A DNA stretch of 64,000 bases from an uncultured Spirochaetia bacterium (GTDB lineage Bacteria > Desulfobacterota_D > UBA1144 > Nemesobacterales > UBA2774), in NCBI GenBank assembly GCA_964586675.1, contig CAZPHQ010000001.1:127385-191384 (forward strand). Direction: 5' to 3'. The translations under genes were made by a program, and so were the position numbers. The notes under the pieces are model-generated. The model saw only the letters and a program-made list of their open reading frames with translations. It searched no databases and was not told where the DNA came from. Of this stretch, positions 1-10,084 are shown piece by piece. The first letter of the stretch is position 1, and each line of letters begins with the position of its first letter.

Positions 1-678
1 CGTCATGGAGAAGCCCGGATTGGGGTTCACAGGCGGGGCCGTGTATGTATACGGCTTGCCGTAGGCGGAAAGGGGGGTGATTGTATACTGCGCCTGGAGA
101 GCGTTGACCTTTTCATAGTCGGCGTCCGTGCCGTCGGCATACGTCCTGCCGAGAATCACGACATAGCGCGTCGGAGATTTAATCTGTTTCATGCCCTGGG
201 GCACTTCGCCTTCCCACCCCGGGCCGGTTAGGAGATATGTCCCGGCTCCCTCTCCGGCTGTGCGGCTCCCCTCCGACGTGATAACAGGCATCCAGAGGCT
301 ATACATCGGGAACAGGTAAAAGCGCTTGCCCATATCGGGATGCGAAAAGACCTGCGGCTCCTGGCCTAAGTCGATCCAGGCGAGCGAGTAAAGCGTGTCC
401 GCGTTCGGGGCTGAAACGCCGCGGTAATCGGCCGGCGGATAGCGCTTGACGTTCACAAACTGTCCCATAGGAGCGCGGAGCTCCTCGACCTTGTCCACGT
501 TTGACATCTGAACCCGCGTAACCTCGGTCGTGATCAGCGAATAGCCGTATATGTAAGCATCCGTCGCGATGGACAGCGCCTCTTCCTTGCCGGGCTTTTC
601 AGCCTTCGCAATATCCGGCGCTGTGAAAGTTATAATCATAAACAACGCCGCTAAAATGACAGCTAACGATTTATTCAT
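1..678 (-). CDS. DUF1254/DUF1214-family secreted protein (partial; the C-terminus lies beyond the window edge)
   Basis: Absent from the ORF track because it runs off the window. My reverse-strand translation from the ATG at 678-676 (AGGAG just upstream) gives MNKSLAVILAALFMIITFTAPDIAKAEKPGKEEALSIATDAYIYGYSLITTEV...SAPNADTLYSLAWIDLGQEP. It has a signal peptide and the PN-DTLYS-AW-DL signature I associate with DUF1254. The frame stays open to position 1. Confidence 0.7.
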   Translation of the reverse strand, partial: MNKSLAVILAALFMIITFTAPDIAKAEKPGKEEALSIATDAYIYGYSLITTEVTRVQMSNVDKVEELRAPMGQFVNVKRYPPADYRGVSAPNADTLYSLAWIDLGQEPQVFSHPDMGKRFYLFPMYSLWMPVITSEGSRTAGEGAGTYLLTGPGWEGEVPQGMKQIKSPTRYVVILGRTYADGTDADYEKVNALQAQYTITPLSAYGKPYTYTAPPVNPNPGFSMT

Positions 679-722
679 GTCATATCTCCTTTTATTTTTC
701 CTGAATATCATTATGCACGAAC

Positions 723-1298
723 TCAATATGTATTTAAATCGCTGTCCAGCCAGTACTTCGACGCGCTGAAAGTCGCCCGGAGCGCGATCCCGGATTTCGT
801 GATCTGATAAACCAGGACGGCCGAATCCAGGGGAACTTCTCCCGATGCCGCCGCGCCGCTGCCCTGGTACTTCGCCGCCGCCTGCCCCTGAGCCCCGAAA
901 TTCCAGCCTTCGGTTACGAAATTGCTAAAAACGCTTTCATCGTTGAAAATTATCACCTCGCGGAAGTTCATGAGCGCGACGCCGAGCCCGGCGCTCGCTT
1001 CGCCCATTCTCATATAGGTTTTGAAACCGTCCGAGTTATCCGTGACCACTCCATACCCGTTCCCCGTGCCGAAATACAGGAGCTGAGTATTTATATCGCT
1101 GAATACAGCGTAGCCCACGGACCTTTCGACCAGCTGCCTGGCCTCGGGATTATTCGCGTAAAGCTCCGCCAGGGTCTCGTCCGCCATGTTGAGAACATAT
1201 TCTCTCTTCTGCTCAGGCGTATCCCCCTGGGGCCGTGCGCAGCCCGCAACCAAAAATAAACACGCAAGCAACAGGCAAAGTACTGTTCTATTCTTCAT
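723..1298 (-). CDS. lipoprotein, SYLF/DUF500-like (start trimmed to the internal ATG)
   Basis: ORF 723..1502. The internal MKNRTVLCLLLACLFLVAGC has a lipobox and is preceded by AGGAGGA (1303-1309). The Gly-rich G-x-G body resembles the SYLF lipid-binding domain pattern; the family call is tentative. Confidence 0.65.
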   Translation of the reverse strand: MKNRTVLCLLLACLFLVAGCARPQGDTPEQKREYVLNMADETLAELYANNPEARQLVERSVGYAVFSDINTQLLYFGTGNGYGVVTDNSDGFKTYMRMGEASAGLGVALMNFREVIIFNDESVFSNFVTEGWNFGAQGQAAAKYQGSGAAASGEVPLDSAVLVYQITKSGIALRATFSASKYWLDSDLNTY

Positions 1299-1413
1299 AA
1301 TTCCTCCTGTTATTACTGCTGCTGCAATCACCGGTATACCGGCACGAAGACAGATGCCCGTTCCTTCCGCGAGACTCAAGTTGGGTCGATTATACTTTGG
1401 GCGCAATTTACCG

Positions 1414-1431
1414 TCTATCCGAATATTGCAA
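1414..1431. promoter_or_regulatory. 18-bp box TCTATCCGAATATTGCAA, copy 1 (candidate operator)
   Basis: Exact 18/18 repeat of 3686-3703. It lies in the intergenic region upstream of the lipoprotein gene (minus strand), next to a TATAAT hexamer on that strand. Confidence 0.4.
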
Positions 1432-1461
1432 TCTGCAAAATGCCTGCCGTGATTCGAACAT

Positions 1462-3393
1462 TCATTTCGCCGGGCTGTACCAGATCGGCGAAGTGTACGC
1501 ACGATTGGTGACAGTCATCGGGACCTGTTTATCCATCTCGACTCCGAAGCGTTCGGAATCGTAGGCCGTCCAGCGCGGAGTCGGGATCTCTATCACCCGG
1601 ACGTAATAAAACGCATACTGTTTCGGGTTAAAATCCTGGTCCTTCCAGTAGCCGGTAAGCATCGGGGCGCCTATGGAGTTCGTCCATGTCGCGTTTTCGA
1701 CGTCCACGGTGCTGCCGACCAGCGGCACCTGCCCCGTTTTCGGGTCGGGTTTGCGGTCGCCCGACCAGGCGACGTCCATGACCTTCTCGTGCACGGCACC
1801 TTTCTCGTCGAGCCATCCCTTCACAATCTGGACGCGATCGAGATAAGCCCCGTCCGGATCGTAAACGGCTTTAACCATGAACGCCGGCGATTTGCCGTTC
1901 GGCGGGCTCGCAAGGTCGCCTCCCATGGGAACGCCCCTGGCGTATCCCTCTTTCACCCAGACCCGGTCCGGGTTGTCGAGATCCTTCGCCGTGAAGTCCC
2001 ATCCGCCGAAAACCCTGACTGTCGGGCGCGTCCCGCTGGTCGCATAAACCTCTTTCCTGTAAAGGGCGTCCCATACGGCCTCGCGCGTGTTCTCCTTCGC
2101 CCAGACGCCCGTCAATCCTCCGGGCGCCATCTCCCACATATAAGTGTCGAGCTTGGGCGATATATCCGACCTCAGGAAAAACTCCTTCCAGCGCCCGGGG
2201 CTCGGTTCGCCGATCGTGCCCACGCCGAAATAGTTCTCCGCGCGGGTAGTGGACAGGCTCGTGTGCTGGTCGCTCGCTCCGATAAAGCCGAACTTGAACG
2301 GATTCACTCCCAGCTCTTCCTGATGCTGCAGGCCCAGCCTGAGCGCCGAGCGGATATAGTTGTAGGGCAGCATTTCCGGCGTAGTCCCTACAAGGCCGAA
2401 GATATTGGCCTTGTTCCAGCGTTCGAAGTCGGCGAACTGATCACCGGGCGATAACTGGGGCGTCGTCTCGCTGTCGCCCTTGGACTGGCTTATCTCCGCG
2501 AGCGGCTCGAAACGGGCCCGCATCGCCGCGTATTCGGCGTCGAAAGGCTTGCCTGTCCAGGTCTTCGGCGCGAACATCAGCCCGCAGGAAAGATTCGGGT
2601 TATGCTCTATTGCCATAACGCGCCCGCCGGTTTTTTCTTCGTAGTCAGCCATGTATTTCCACAGATCTTCCGGATCGGTGCTATCGAACTCGGAAAACGG
2701 CAATACCTGCTTGGTTTTGTCCGGACCGTCGCGAAACACGACGGACCTGTGAAGGTTGTTGCCCCCGACGCTCTGGGTCCACTCGAAGCCGTTGAACGCG
2801 GAGAAGACGCCCGGGATAGTGTTACGCTCGGCGGCGTCGATTTCCAGATCCCAGACCTTCCTGTAAAGCTTCACGAGCGCTTCCCTCGGAATGCTCGGTT
2901 TCGCTTCGGCGAAGTCGGAGGTCATTTCGACGAACGCTTCATAGCCTGCCTTGCCGCCCTTCTTGAGCGCTTCCGCCCACTTTTTACCCGTCTCGGTTTT
3001 GAGAATGTCGGGGTCGTTTTCTTCGAACGCCTGGGGGAGGCCCATGTACTCGGCATGGTCCGTGATGACGATCCAGTCGTAAGGACGCTCGAGCTTCACG
3101 GGCTGTCCGGTCGAAGACATGATCTGCTCACCCCTTGCAAGACGAAAGGCCTCGTCGGGGCTCAGGCGGTCGCCCACGAGCCCGGCGTCGGGCGAAATGG
3201 AAGTATGGAGATGCGTTTCGCCCCAATACACATCGGTCGGGTAACCGATGTCCGCATAGGGGGAATAATTTTGCGACTTTTCCGGCTTTGCAGAACCGGC
3301 ATCGGACGATAAGACCGCGGTTAAAACGAAAATACCGGCGATCACTAAAAAAATACTTGTTACTAAGCCCGCAATCCTCGAATGAATTTTCAT
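1462..3393 (-). CDS. DUF3604 domain-containing (PHP-like metal-dependent) secreted protein
   Basis: 643-aa ORF with an N-terminal TM/signal segment. The YWGETHLHTSISPDA motif is typical of DUF3604 N-termini. Confidence 0.8.
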   Translation of the reverse strand: MKIHSRIAGLVTSIFLVIAGIFVLTAVLSSDAGSAKPEKSQNYSPYADIGYPTDVYWGETHLHTSISPDAGLVGDRLSPDEAFRLARGEQIMSSTGQPVKLERPYDWIVITDHAEYMGLPQAFEENDPDILKTETGKKWAEALKKGGKAGYEAFVEMTSDFAEAKPSIPREALVKLYRKVWDLEIDAAERNTIPGVFSAFNGFEWTQSVGGNNLHRSVVFRDGPDKTKQVLPFSEFDSTDPEDLWKYMADYEEKTGGRVMAIEHNPNLSCGLMFAPKTWTGKPFDAEYAAMRARFEPLAEISQSKGDSETTPQLSPGDQFADFERWNKANIFGLVGTTPEMLPYNYIRSALRLGLQHQEELGVNPFKFGFIGASDQHTSLSTTRAENYFGVGTIGEPSPGRWKEFFLRSDISPKLDTYMWEMAPGGLTGVWAKENTREAVWDALYRKEVYATSGTRPTVRVFGGWDFTAKDLDNPDRVWVKEGYARGVPMGGDLASPPNGKSPAFMVKAVYDPDGAYLDRVQIVKGWLDEKGAVHEKVMDVAWSGDRKPDPKTGQVPLVGSTVDVENATWTNSIGAPMLTGYWKDQDFNPKQYAFYYVRVIEIPTPRWTAYDSERFGVEMDKQVPMTVTNRAYTSPIWYSPAK

Positions 3394-3685
3394 ACCCTTT
3401 CCCCCCCGATTTTAATTTCCCCGATGCGTGCTGTTACAAAGTATCTCGATATAATGCTCCCCTGCACCAGACCTGGTCGAGTGCGGGGCAGAGCCGGCCG
3501 TATCCCCTCCGCCGACAGCGGCCCTGCCCCGGGCAACCATTTCGTAAAGCGTCTTCAGAAGTCGGGCAATGCATCTGATCGAACCGTATCGGCCTGGCAG
3601 CACTGGATAATTTCCGGCATATGACATCCCCCGGAGCCTGACGTTCGACACTGGAAGTCTATTCTAAAATTATTTATAATTAGTT

Positions 3686-3703
3686 TCTATCCGAATATTG
3701 CAA
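3686..3703. promoter_or_regulatory. 18-bp box TCTATCCGAATATTGCAA, copy 2 (candidate operator)
   Basis: Exact repeat of 1414-1431. It sits in the divergent intergenic region between the DUF3604 gene and the AraC-family gene, 30 nt upstream of the AraC start. Confidence 0.4.
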
Positions 3704-3733
3704 CTGGCGGAAATCGTAGCTTAGGCGATCCCC

Positions 3734-4726
3734 ATGGAAGACCATAATTCGTCGTCAGTGGCCCCCAATTTTCTCATCAGCATAGAGACTAAAGAGCTCG
3801 AAGAGCTGTCTCAGCACATAAAGGAAGCCGACATCGAGCTCCATCAAACAGGGAAAACGGTATCTCCTTCCAACCTTGTAATGCTCGGGTTCGACAACGT
3901 ACACCTTCAGGTCGGGTCTTACGGCTCGGCAACCATATCCAACGCCACCTCCGACAGACAAAGATTCGGGCTCCTTTATAAAATCGACGACACGTGCAGG
4001 ACGAAGTGCAACGGATACTTGATGGAGAACGCCAGGTTCATTGCGTACGGGAGCAACGCCGAGCACGTCGCCTCCAACAACGGCCCCTGCGAATGGGCCT
4101 ATGTTACGCTCGACTACTCTTTCCTTGAAGAGAACCTGCTCGAAGCTGTAAACGGCAGGATGGATACCGGTAGAGGAACGGTTTCCTGCCTTCACTGCCG
4201 GGACAGCTCGGCGATCGGCTCGCTTCTCCGCGTGATAAATGAGATCGCGGGCCTCGCGGAAACGAACCCGGCATTTTTCGCGAACAGTTATCTGAAAACG
4301 GGAATGGAATATTCGCTGATCGAGGCCCAGACTGCGGTCTTGAGCAGCGCTCTGGACACGCCTTCGAACGGCAACGGACGGGGCAAGACTTCCCATTCCC
4401 TAATAATCAGGCGCTCGGTCGAGTTCCTGAAGGCGAACTCATACAAGCCTGTACACGTGATCGACCTCTGCGCCGCGCTCAACGTAAGGATGAGAACACT
4501 CTATTACGCGTTTCAGGAATTCTACGGAACTAGCCCAATCCACTTTCTCCGCCTGCTCAGGCTTACGAAAGCAAGAAAAGACCTTCTCGACGCCGATCCT
4601 AAAAAAACGACCGTAACCGACGTCGCGGCGAGGTGGCATTTCTGGCATTTTGGAAGGTTCTCCGTCGAATATAAAAACCTTTACGGAGAGTCCCCCTCCG
4701 CAACGCTGAGCAAGGCCCGCCGCTGA
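3734..4726 (+). CDS. AraC family transcriptional regulator
   Basis: The C-terminal double-HTH region (IDLCAALNVRMRTLYYAFQEFYGTSPIHFLRLLRLTKARKDL...VTDVAARWHFWHFGRFSVEYKNLYGESPSATL) matches the AraC/XylS pattern. Confidence 0.85.
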   Translation: MEDHNSSSVAPNFLISIETKELEELSQHIKEADIELHQTGKTVSPSNLVMLGFDNVHLQVGSYGSATISNATSDRQRFGLLYKIDDTCRTKCNGYLMENARFIAYGSNAEHVASNNGPCEWAYVTLDYSFLEENLLEAVNGRMDTGRGTVSCLHCRDSSAIGSLLRVINEIAGLAETNPAFFANSYLKTGMEYSLIEAQTAVLSSALDTPSNGNGRGKTSHSLIIRRSVEFLKANSYKPVHVIDLCAALNVRMRTLYYAFQEFYGTSPIHFLRLLRLTKARKDLLDADPKKTTVTDVAARWHFWHFGRFSVEYKNLYGESPSATLSKARR

Positions 4727-4798
4727 TTAAACACGGGCCTCGTTTTTCGTACCGCCGCAATCTACAAACGGAAGGCCTGTTATATCGCGGCCATTTAA

Positions 4799-5257
4799 CT
4801 AATTCTCGTCTGCCGGGGGCACGGCGGCTTCGAGCTTTATGGTTACGCCCGATATGCCGACATTGAGATCGACCCCTTCCATAGTCGAATGGAGCTTTAG
4901 GAGGACGCCGTTCTCGTTTTTCAGCACGACTCCGCCCGCTCCGCCGCCGAGCGCGATGCCGTAATCTCCCGCGACGTACGTGCCGGGAAACTGGCCGAGG
5001 TTGAAAAGGTTATAAACCTCTCCGGCAGCCGATATCTTGGCGACGCCTACCCCGCCAACCTTTATCCCGCTCGTCTTGAAAATGTACTCGGAGCCCTGGT
5101 AGTTAAGGATGCCGCTTCCCTCGCTTCCCCCGATTATGAGACCGAACTGGGTCTCGTCTATCGATATCGTTCCGGATGGAACATTATCCGCGAAAACGGA
5201 ACCGGCATAGGAAATAAAGACGACAACCGTAAAAATGAGAGCCCTCGAAATTCTCAT
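4799..5257 (-). CDS. secreted Gly-rich hypothetical protein
   Basis: Signal peptide MRISRALIFTVVVFISYAGSVFA, a GGGAGA RBS, and a beta-rich glycine-rich body. No family assigned. Confidence 0.6.
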   Translation of the reverse strand: MRISRALIFTVVVFISYAGSVFADNVPSGTISIDETQFGLIIGGSEGSGILNYQGSEYIFKTSGIKVGGVGVAKISAAGEVYNLFNLGQFPGTYVAGDYGIALGGGAGGVVLKNENGVLLKLHSTMEGVDLNVGISGVTIKLEAAVPPADEN

Positions 5258-5438
5258 CGCACATCTCCCTTGTATTCAGATTGTCCGCGACTACCCTGGA
5301 GATATTACTCTAAACCGGAGGGGAATGATATCCAAATCCCGCAGCTATAGACCAGCGTCCCGAAGGCCGATGAATCAGCGAATGTCGGAGCGTGCTAAGT
5401 ACAGACCGTAATATTTTCAGGAACTCGTCCGGAGGCGC

Positions 5439-5837
5439 TTACTCCACCCGCGTCCACACGATGGTCTTCGAGAGGATGCCGGCTTTTGCTTTCATGGTGA
5501 AAGAGGCGGGATCGCTCATTTTAATTTCGACGTTGTAGTCCTTTTTCTTTTCGATGGAATAGACCTGCCCCTTCCATACGCCATCCGTTGCGTCGTATAC
5601 GAGGTTCTTGAATATGACGGTCGAAACACCCTCGGGATGGGACGGGGCCTCGACTACCGCGCCTTCGTAATAAGTCCCTTTATTTTCGATCTGCACCACG
5701 GCGTCATCATCCGGCTCCTTCCACTTTCCGACTATGCTGTCGGCGCTTATGTCCTCTGCCACGGAAGACGAAGCGCTCACGAACGCCATGAAGGCAAGCA
5801 CGAATAAAGCCGCCGAAAAATAATGGATAATTTTCAT
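5439..5837 (-). CDS. DUF2147 domain-containing secreted protein
   Basis: Signal peptide, then the GKWKEPDDDAVVQIENKGTYYEGAVV pattern typical of DUF2147. GGAG RBS. Confidence 0.7.
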   Translation of the reverse strand: MKIIHYFSAALFVLAFMAFVSASSSVAEDISADSIVGKWKEPDDDAVVQIENKGTYYEGAVVEAPSHPEGVSTVIFKNLVYDATDGVWKGQVYSIEKKKDYNVEIKMSDPASFTMKAKAGILSKTIVWTRVE

Positions 5838-5936
5838 AGTAGTCTCCTTTTCGCTTCCGGCTCATCGCCGGATATTTTTTCGGAAGCCCCGGCTGTATCA
5901 GAAGAGAGCTTCCAGTAGAGCGGATCTCCTTTTTTG

Positions 5937-6806
5937 CTATGAAGCGCAGTCAACTACTAAAGGCGATTCGTCGCGTACGCTCCATTCGGCGCAGCTCCCG
6001 TCCTCGTTAACCTCGTTGCAGGAGCAAAAGCAGCTGTTGAGCTCGGGCACTGCGCCGTCCTGAAGTAAACAGGATAACATGGCCGGGGTCCCGGCGGAGG
6101 ATCCGACCGGCACATTTTCCTGGATGCCGATAAAGCTGGCGGGGTTCGATGTCTGGCACTGGGCGTCCGTCAATCTGGCCGCGTCGCACTTAAGACACGC
6201 ATTCGGGTCGCAGCCCGCCGCGCTGTCATAAGGACCGCCTATCTGGTGCCCGCCCGGACTCGTATCCGAATTTTCGCAGTTCGTGGTTATCGGGCACGAG
6301 CACATAAGCTCTTTCTTGCCCAGCTTCTCGAACCCCGGGAAGTTCCTGCCCTGGGTGCTGGTGAAGCAGAGCCCGCCGTCGCACTGCGCGTAAGAGCCGG
6401 ACGCAGCCGCAACGCCGCCGTACTTGCCCTTGTTGAGCTCTCCCGGGCAGGTATAGAGGGCATAGTCGCCTTCCGGATACACGCTTCTCTTGGGAACGCT
6501 GTATGTGCTCACCCTGTAGCCGTTTCCTCTCCCGTCCTGGTTCACAGTGCACACGTTCTCGCCGTCGCTGAAATCGAAGGGAAGGCTTATGCTGTCGCCC
6601 CTCAGGAGATCGCATTCGCAATAGGCCACCTGGTTCATGGTAAGGCATGTCGCGTTGGCGCAGAGCGCGTATTGCTGATCCTTCAAGATCAAAAAATCTC
6701 CGGCCGGCTCGCACTTGTCGGGATTCGCCGCCGACGCATCTCCCGCGCCCGCGAATAGGGGCATCAATAAACCAGCCAGTATAAAGAGAATATTCCTAAG
6801 CCTCAT
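5937..6806 (-). CDS. cysteine-rich secreted protein of unknown function
   Basis: ORF 5937..6857 trimmed to MRLRNILFILAGLLMPLFAGAGDASA (AAGGAG RBS upstream). I count 22 Cys in the mature part, including CEC, CSC and CFCSC clusters. Confidence 0.7.
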   Translation of the reverse strand: MRLRNILFILAGLLMPLFAGAGDASAANPDKCEPAGDFLILKDQQYALCANATCLTMNQVAYCECDLLRGDSISLPFDFSDGENVCTVNQDGRGNGYRVSTYSVPKRSVYPEGDYALYTCPGELNKGKYGGVAAASGSYAQCDGGLCFTSTQGRNFPGFEKLGKKELMCSCPITTNCENSDTSPGGHQIGGPYDSAAGCDPNACLKCDAARLTDAQCQTSNPASFIGIQENVPVGSSAGTPAMLSCLLQDGAVPELNSCFCSCNEVNEDGSCAEWSVRDESPLVVDCAS

Positions 6807-7006
6807 CTTTCCATCCGCTCCTTCATTTAAAGTTTTAAGATCCAGTCGGAAATCCATTTGTCCGTTAAATATATGCCCATTTCAGAAATTCTGTGTTTTA
6901 TTTTCACGCTCGGCCCAGGGGCCCGGTTGAAGTCGCAAACCGGCATTTTGGTTTGGATCGATATGGCGCTAAATTTAGCAGATAAACTCATATATAGGGA
7001 GCTACT

Positions 7007-8644
7007 GTGCCGAAACAAACCAGGGTCAGCGAATATCTGATAGAGAGGCTTTACGATCTCGGCGTCCGCCACGTGTTCGGGGTTCCGGGCGACTACGCCC
7101 TAAGCTTCTTCAAGGAGCTTGAGAAAAGCGGGCTCGAATTGATAAACACCTGCGACGAGCAGGGCGCCGGGTTTGCCGCCGACGCCTACGCGAGGGTTAA
7201 GGGACTCGGCGTCGTCTGCATCACATACGGCGTCGGCGGGCTCAAGGTAGCCAACACGACAGCCCAGGCATTCGCGGAAAAATCGCCCGTAGTCGTCATC
7301 AGCGGGGCCCCGGGAATAAAGGAGCGGGTCAAGAATCCCCTCCTTCATCATAAAGTGAGGGAGTTCGATACGCAGCTCAAGGTCTTCCGCGAGCTGACAG
7401 TGGATTCCGTTCTTATACACGACCCGGAAACCGCCGCCCCCGAGATCGACAGGGTGCTCGAATCCGCGGTGAGGTATAAGAGGCCGGTCTATATCGAGCT
7501 CCCGCGCGACGTCGTCTCCCTCCCTGTAAAGCCGCACAAGCCGGCGCGACGGGCGCCGCTCGAAAGCGAGGCCGATACACTGAAAGAGGCCCTCGGAGAA
7601 GCGGTCGCCATCATAAACAAATCGAAGAAGCCCGTGATAATCGCCGGGGTAGAAATACACAGGTTCGGCCTCCAGGAGAAGCTCCTCGAGCTACTTGACA
7701 AAACCAACATTCCTCTCGCAACGACGATTCTCGGGAAATCAGTCATAAGCGAAACGCACCCCCTTTGCATGGGCGTTTACGAAGGGGCTATGGGCAGGGA
7801 ATCCGTCAGGAAATTTGTGGAATCGAGCGACTGCATGATACTCCTCGGCACCTTCATGACCGACGTCAACCTCGGCATATATACCGCGAACATCGACAGG
7901 TCCCATTCGATCTGCGCAACGAGTGAGGGAATAGCGATCAGGCATCATACGTATGAAGACATAAGCATTCACGACTTCATCGACGGCCTTTTAAAAGGAG
8001 GCATCGGGCGGAGGAAAACGGTGAAGATACCCAATCCGCCGCTTCCGAAACGCCCGAAGCCCGTTAAAGGAAAGAAGATCAGCGTCGGCTACGTGTTCAG
8101 GACGCTGAACTCATACCTCGACGAAAAAACGGTGGTCATCGCCGACCCGGGCGACGCGATGCTCGGTGCGCTCGACATGGTTATTCAAATGGAAACGGAA
8201 TTCCTCTGCCCGGCGTATTACTGCTCGCTCGGCTTCGCCGTCCCGGCAAGCCTCGGGGTACAGGCCGCAAGGCCCGACCTCCGCCCGCTCGTCCTCGTCG
8301 GCGACGGGGCCTTCCAGATGACCGGCATGGAGCTTTCGACTATAGCAAGGTTCGGCCAGAACCCGATAGTCGTCGTGTTCAACAACGAAGGCTACGGCAC
8401 GGAGCGGCCCATGATCGACGGCGCGTTCAACGACATACACCCCTGGAGACACAGCCGTATACCCGGGATTCTGAACAGCGGCGTCGGTTTCGATATAAAT
8501 ACCGAAGACGAGCTTCAGAATGCACTCGCCGCGGCCGTGAAAGATACCAATAATTACTACATCCTCGATGTCCATCTCGACAAGGCAGACAGATCGGAAG
8601 CGCATAAACGTCTGACGACCGCTTTAAGTAAAAGAGTCAGATAG
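7007..8644 (+). CDS. thiamine-diphosphate-dependent alpha-keto-acid decarboxylase (indolepyruvate/pyruvate decarboxylase family)
   Basis: GTG start with an AGGGAG RBS. The N-terminus HVFGVPGDYALSFF...CDEQGAGFAADAYAR and the TPP motif GDGAFQMTGMELSTIARFGQNPIVVVFNNEGYG fit this family. Confidence 0.85.
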   Translation: MPKQTRVSEYLIERLYDLGVRHVFGVPGDYALSFFKELEKSGLELINTCDEQGAGFAADAYARVKGLGVVCITYGVGGLKVANTTAQAFAEKSPVVVISGAPGIKERVKNPLLHHKVREFDTQLKVFRELTVDSVLIHDPETAAPEIDRVLESAVRYKRPVYIELPRDVVSLPVKPHKPARRAPLESEADTLKEALGEAVAIINKSKKPVIIAGVEIHRFGLQEKLLELLDKTNIPLATTILGKSVISETHPLCMGVYEGAMGRESVRKFVESSDCMILLGTFMTDVNLGIYTANIDRSHSICATSEGIAIRHHTYEDISIHDFIDGLLKGGIGRRKTVKIPNPPLPKRPKPVKGKKISVGYVFRTLNSYLDEKTVVIADPGDAMLGALDMVIQMETEFLCPAYYCSLGFAVPASLGVQAARPDLRPLVLVGDGAFQMTGMELSTIARFGQNPIVVVFNNEGYGTERPMIDGAFNDIHPWRHSRIPGILNSGVGFDINTEDELQNALAAAVKDTNNYYILDVHLDKADRSEAHKRLTTALSKRVR

Positions 8645-8808
8645 ATTCGACTCAACTTGCTCTTAATCATTCAAGAATTTTGAGGCGAGCAGCCAGAAAC
8701 TCAAAAATCCGTGTATTTGCAGGCATCTACGCGCTTGCTATTAGTATCTGTATTGATTATAGTTGAATTTCACTAAGTAAAATCACTCGACCTGGGGAGG
8801 TATTAGAT

Positions 8809-9162
8809 ATGAGGTCACGTACTTATTTAGTCCCGCTTTTTGTCCTTTTTTCCCTGTTTGTATTTTCACTAGTCAATGCGAGCCTGGCTGGCGATAAAAC
8901 GACGGTAACAATCGAGGGCAATGTCGTTTGCCTTCTGCCCGATTATGAAAAGGGCACTGTTAACCCGGTCATCGCAACCGGCCCTTGCACCAACGACCCT
9001 CCGCATGAACACATCCTGGTCAGCAAGGATAATAAAGTGTATTACCTCCAGGGCCTGCAGGAAGGGTTGATGAAGGTAGCGCTGAATCCCAACCACACCG
9101 ATGTCAAGATCACGGGTCAAGCAGAGCAAACAGCCGGCGGTTGGATTCTATACGTAGAGTAA
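8809..9162 (+). CDS. small secreted hypothetical protein
   Basis: GGGGAGG RBS and signal peptide MRSRTYLVPLFVLFSLFVFSLVNASLA. 117 aa. Confidence 0.6.
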   Translation: MRSRTYLVPLFVLFSLFVFSLVNASLAGDKTTVTIEGNVVCLLPDYEKGTVNPVIATGPCTNDPPHEHILVSKDNKVYYLQGLQEGLMKVALNPNHTDVKITGQAEQTAGGWILYVE

Positions 9163-9238
9163 TTCGTTGGTAATTTTCGAGCCCAAGTACCGGAGTCCCC
9201 GGGCAGGATAGCCCGGGGCTTCGGTTCAAGTATTTCGG

Positions 9239-9718
9239 TCAGTAAGGCGTTCCGTCTTTGTGAACGAATTTCCATTTGCCCTCTACTAGCAGCGCCTGGA
9301 GATCGTCGTCAGGATAGCATGCCTCGTCTCCCGGAGTTCTATCCCCGATTTCAAGGTATAAGACATCCTCAGAGCTTTCGTTTATAAGGTGATGGCCGTT
9401 TCCGTCGCCCGCTTTGAATCCGGCGCACATTCCCGGAGAGAGGACTGTACGGCCCTCGTTGGTGTGCAGCGTCGGGTTTCCGCCGAGGATGTAAATAAAC
9501 TCGTCCTGCTTCGAATGGCAGTGCCGTATGGACGACATCGCCCCAGGCTTCAGCCTGGTGAGATTGACCCCGAAATTGGCAAGCCCGAAAAGGTCGCCCA
9601 GCGGACGCTTCTCCCTGCCCGCCATCAGTGAAGCGAACGGCTCGGGGTAATTTGACGGCTTTGTCCGGAGCGGCGCATCTTGCGCGTGGATTGCTACTAG
9701 CTTCTTTTCCTGTGGCAT
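9239..9718 (-). CDS. cupin domain-containing protein
   Basis: ORF 9239..9760 trimmed to MPQEKK (GGAGGA RBS 5 nt upstream). Cupin motifs are HCHSKQDEFIYILGG and GNGHHLIN. Confidence 0.8.
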   Translation of the reverse strand: MPQEKKLVAIHAQDAPLRTKPSNYPEPFASLMAGREKRPLGDLFGLANFGVNLTRLKPGAMSSIRHCHSKQDEFIYILGGNPTLHTNEGRTVLSPGMCAGFKAGDGNGHHLINESSEDVLYLEIGDRTPGDEACYPDDDLQALLVEGKWKFVHKDGTPY

Positions 9719-10084
9719 ACGATCCTCCGCGGCTGTCACTTCAAAATCTACTTCGATCAAGAGAGCTCGATGGGGTTATTTTGCCGTTGGTAAGGTGGGG
9801 TACCTTAGTAGACGTATTCCGAACCAAATTATTAGAAGTAGAAAGCAGTTCTCTTGTAACCAGTATTAAGCAAATATTTCAGTCTAATAATCCAGTACCT
9901 AATTCTTGCTTATCATGTATTGATAAATAGAAACTCAATTTCTACCTTCTGTGTAATCTTCAATTTCCAAATTCCTCATTATCTTTGGTCCCAGATAGAG
10001 GTGAGTCCAGATCAAAGATATGGCGGATTTAACGGCTTTGAATGTGCAGACTTTGATAAAACAGGCCGTCCCACAACAGTGTAA

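Noticed and set aside
569-769. 66-aa plus-strand ORF
   Set aside because: It lies antisense to the start of the DUF1254-family gene and spans an intergenic gap. No RBS and a junk-like sequence.
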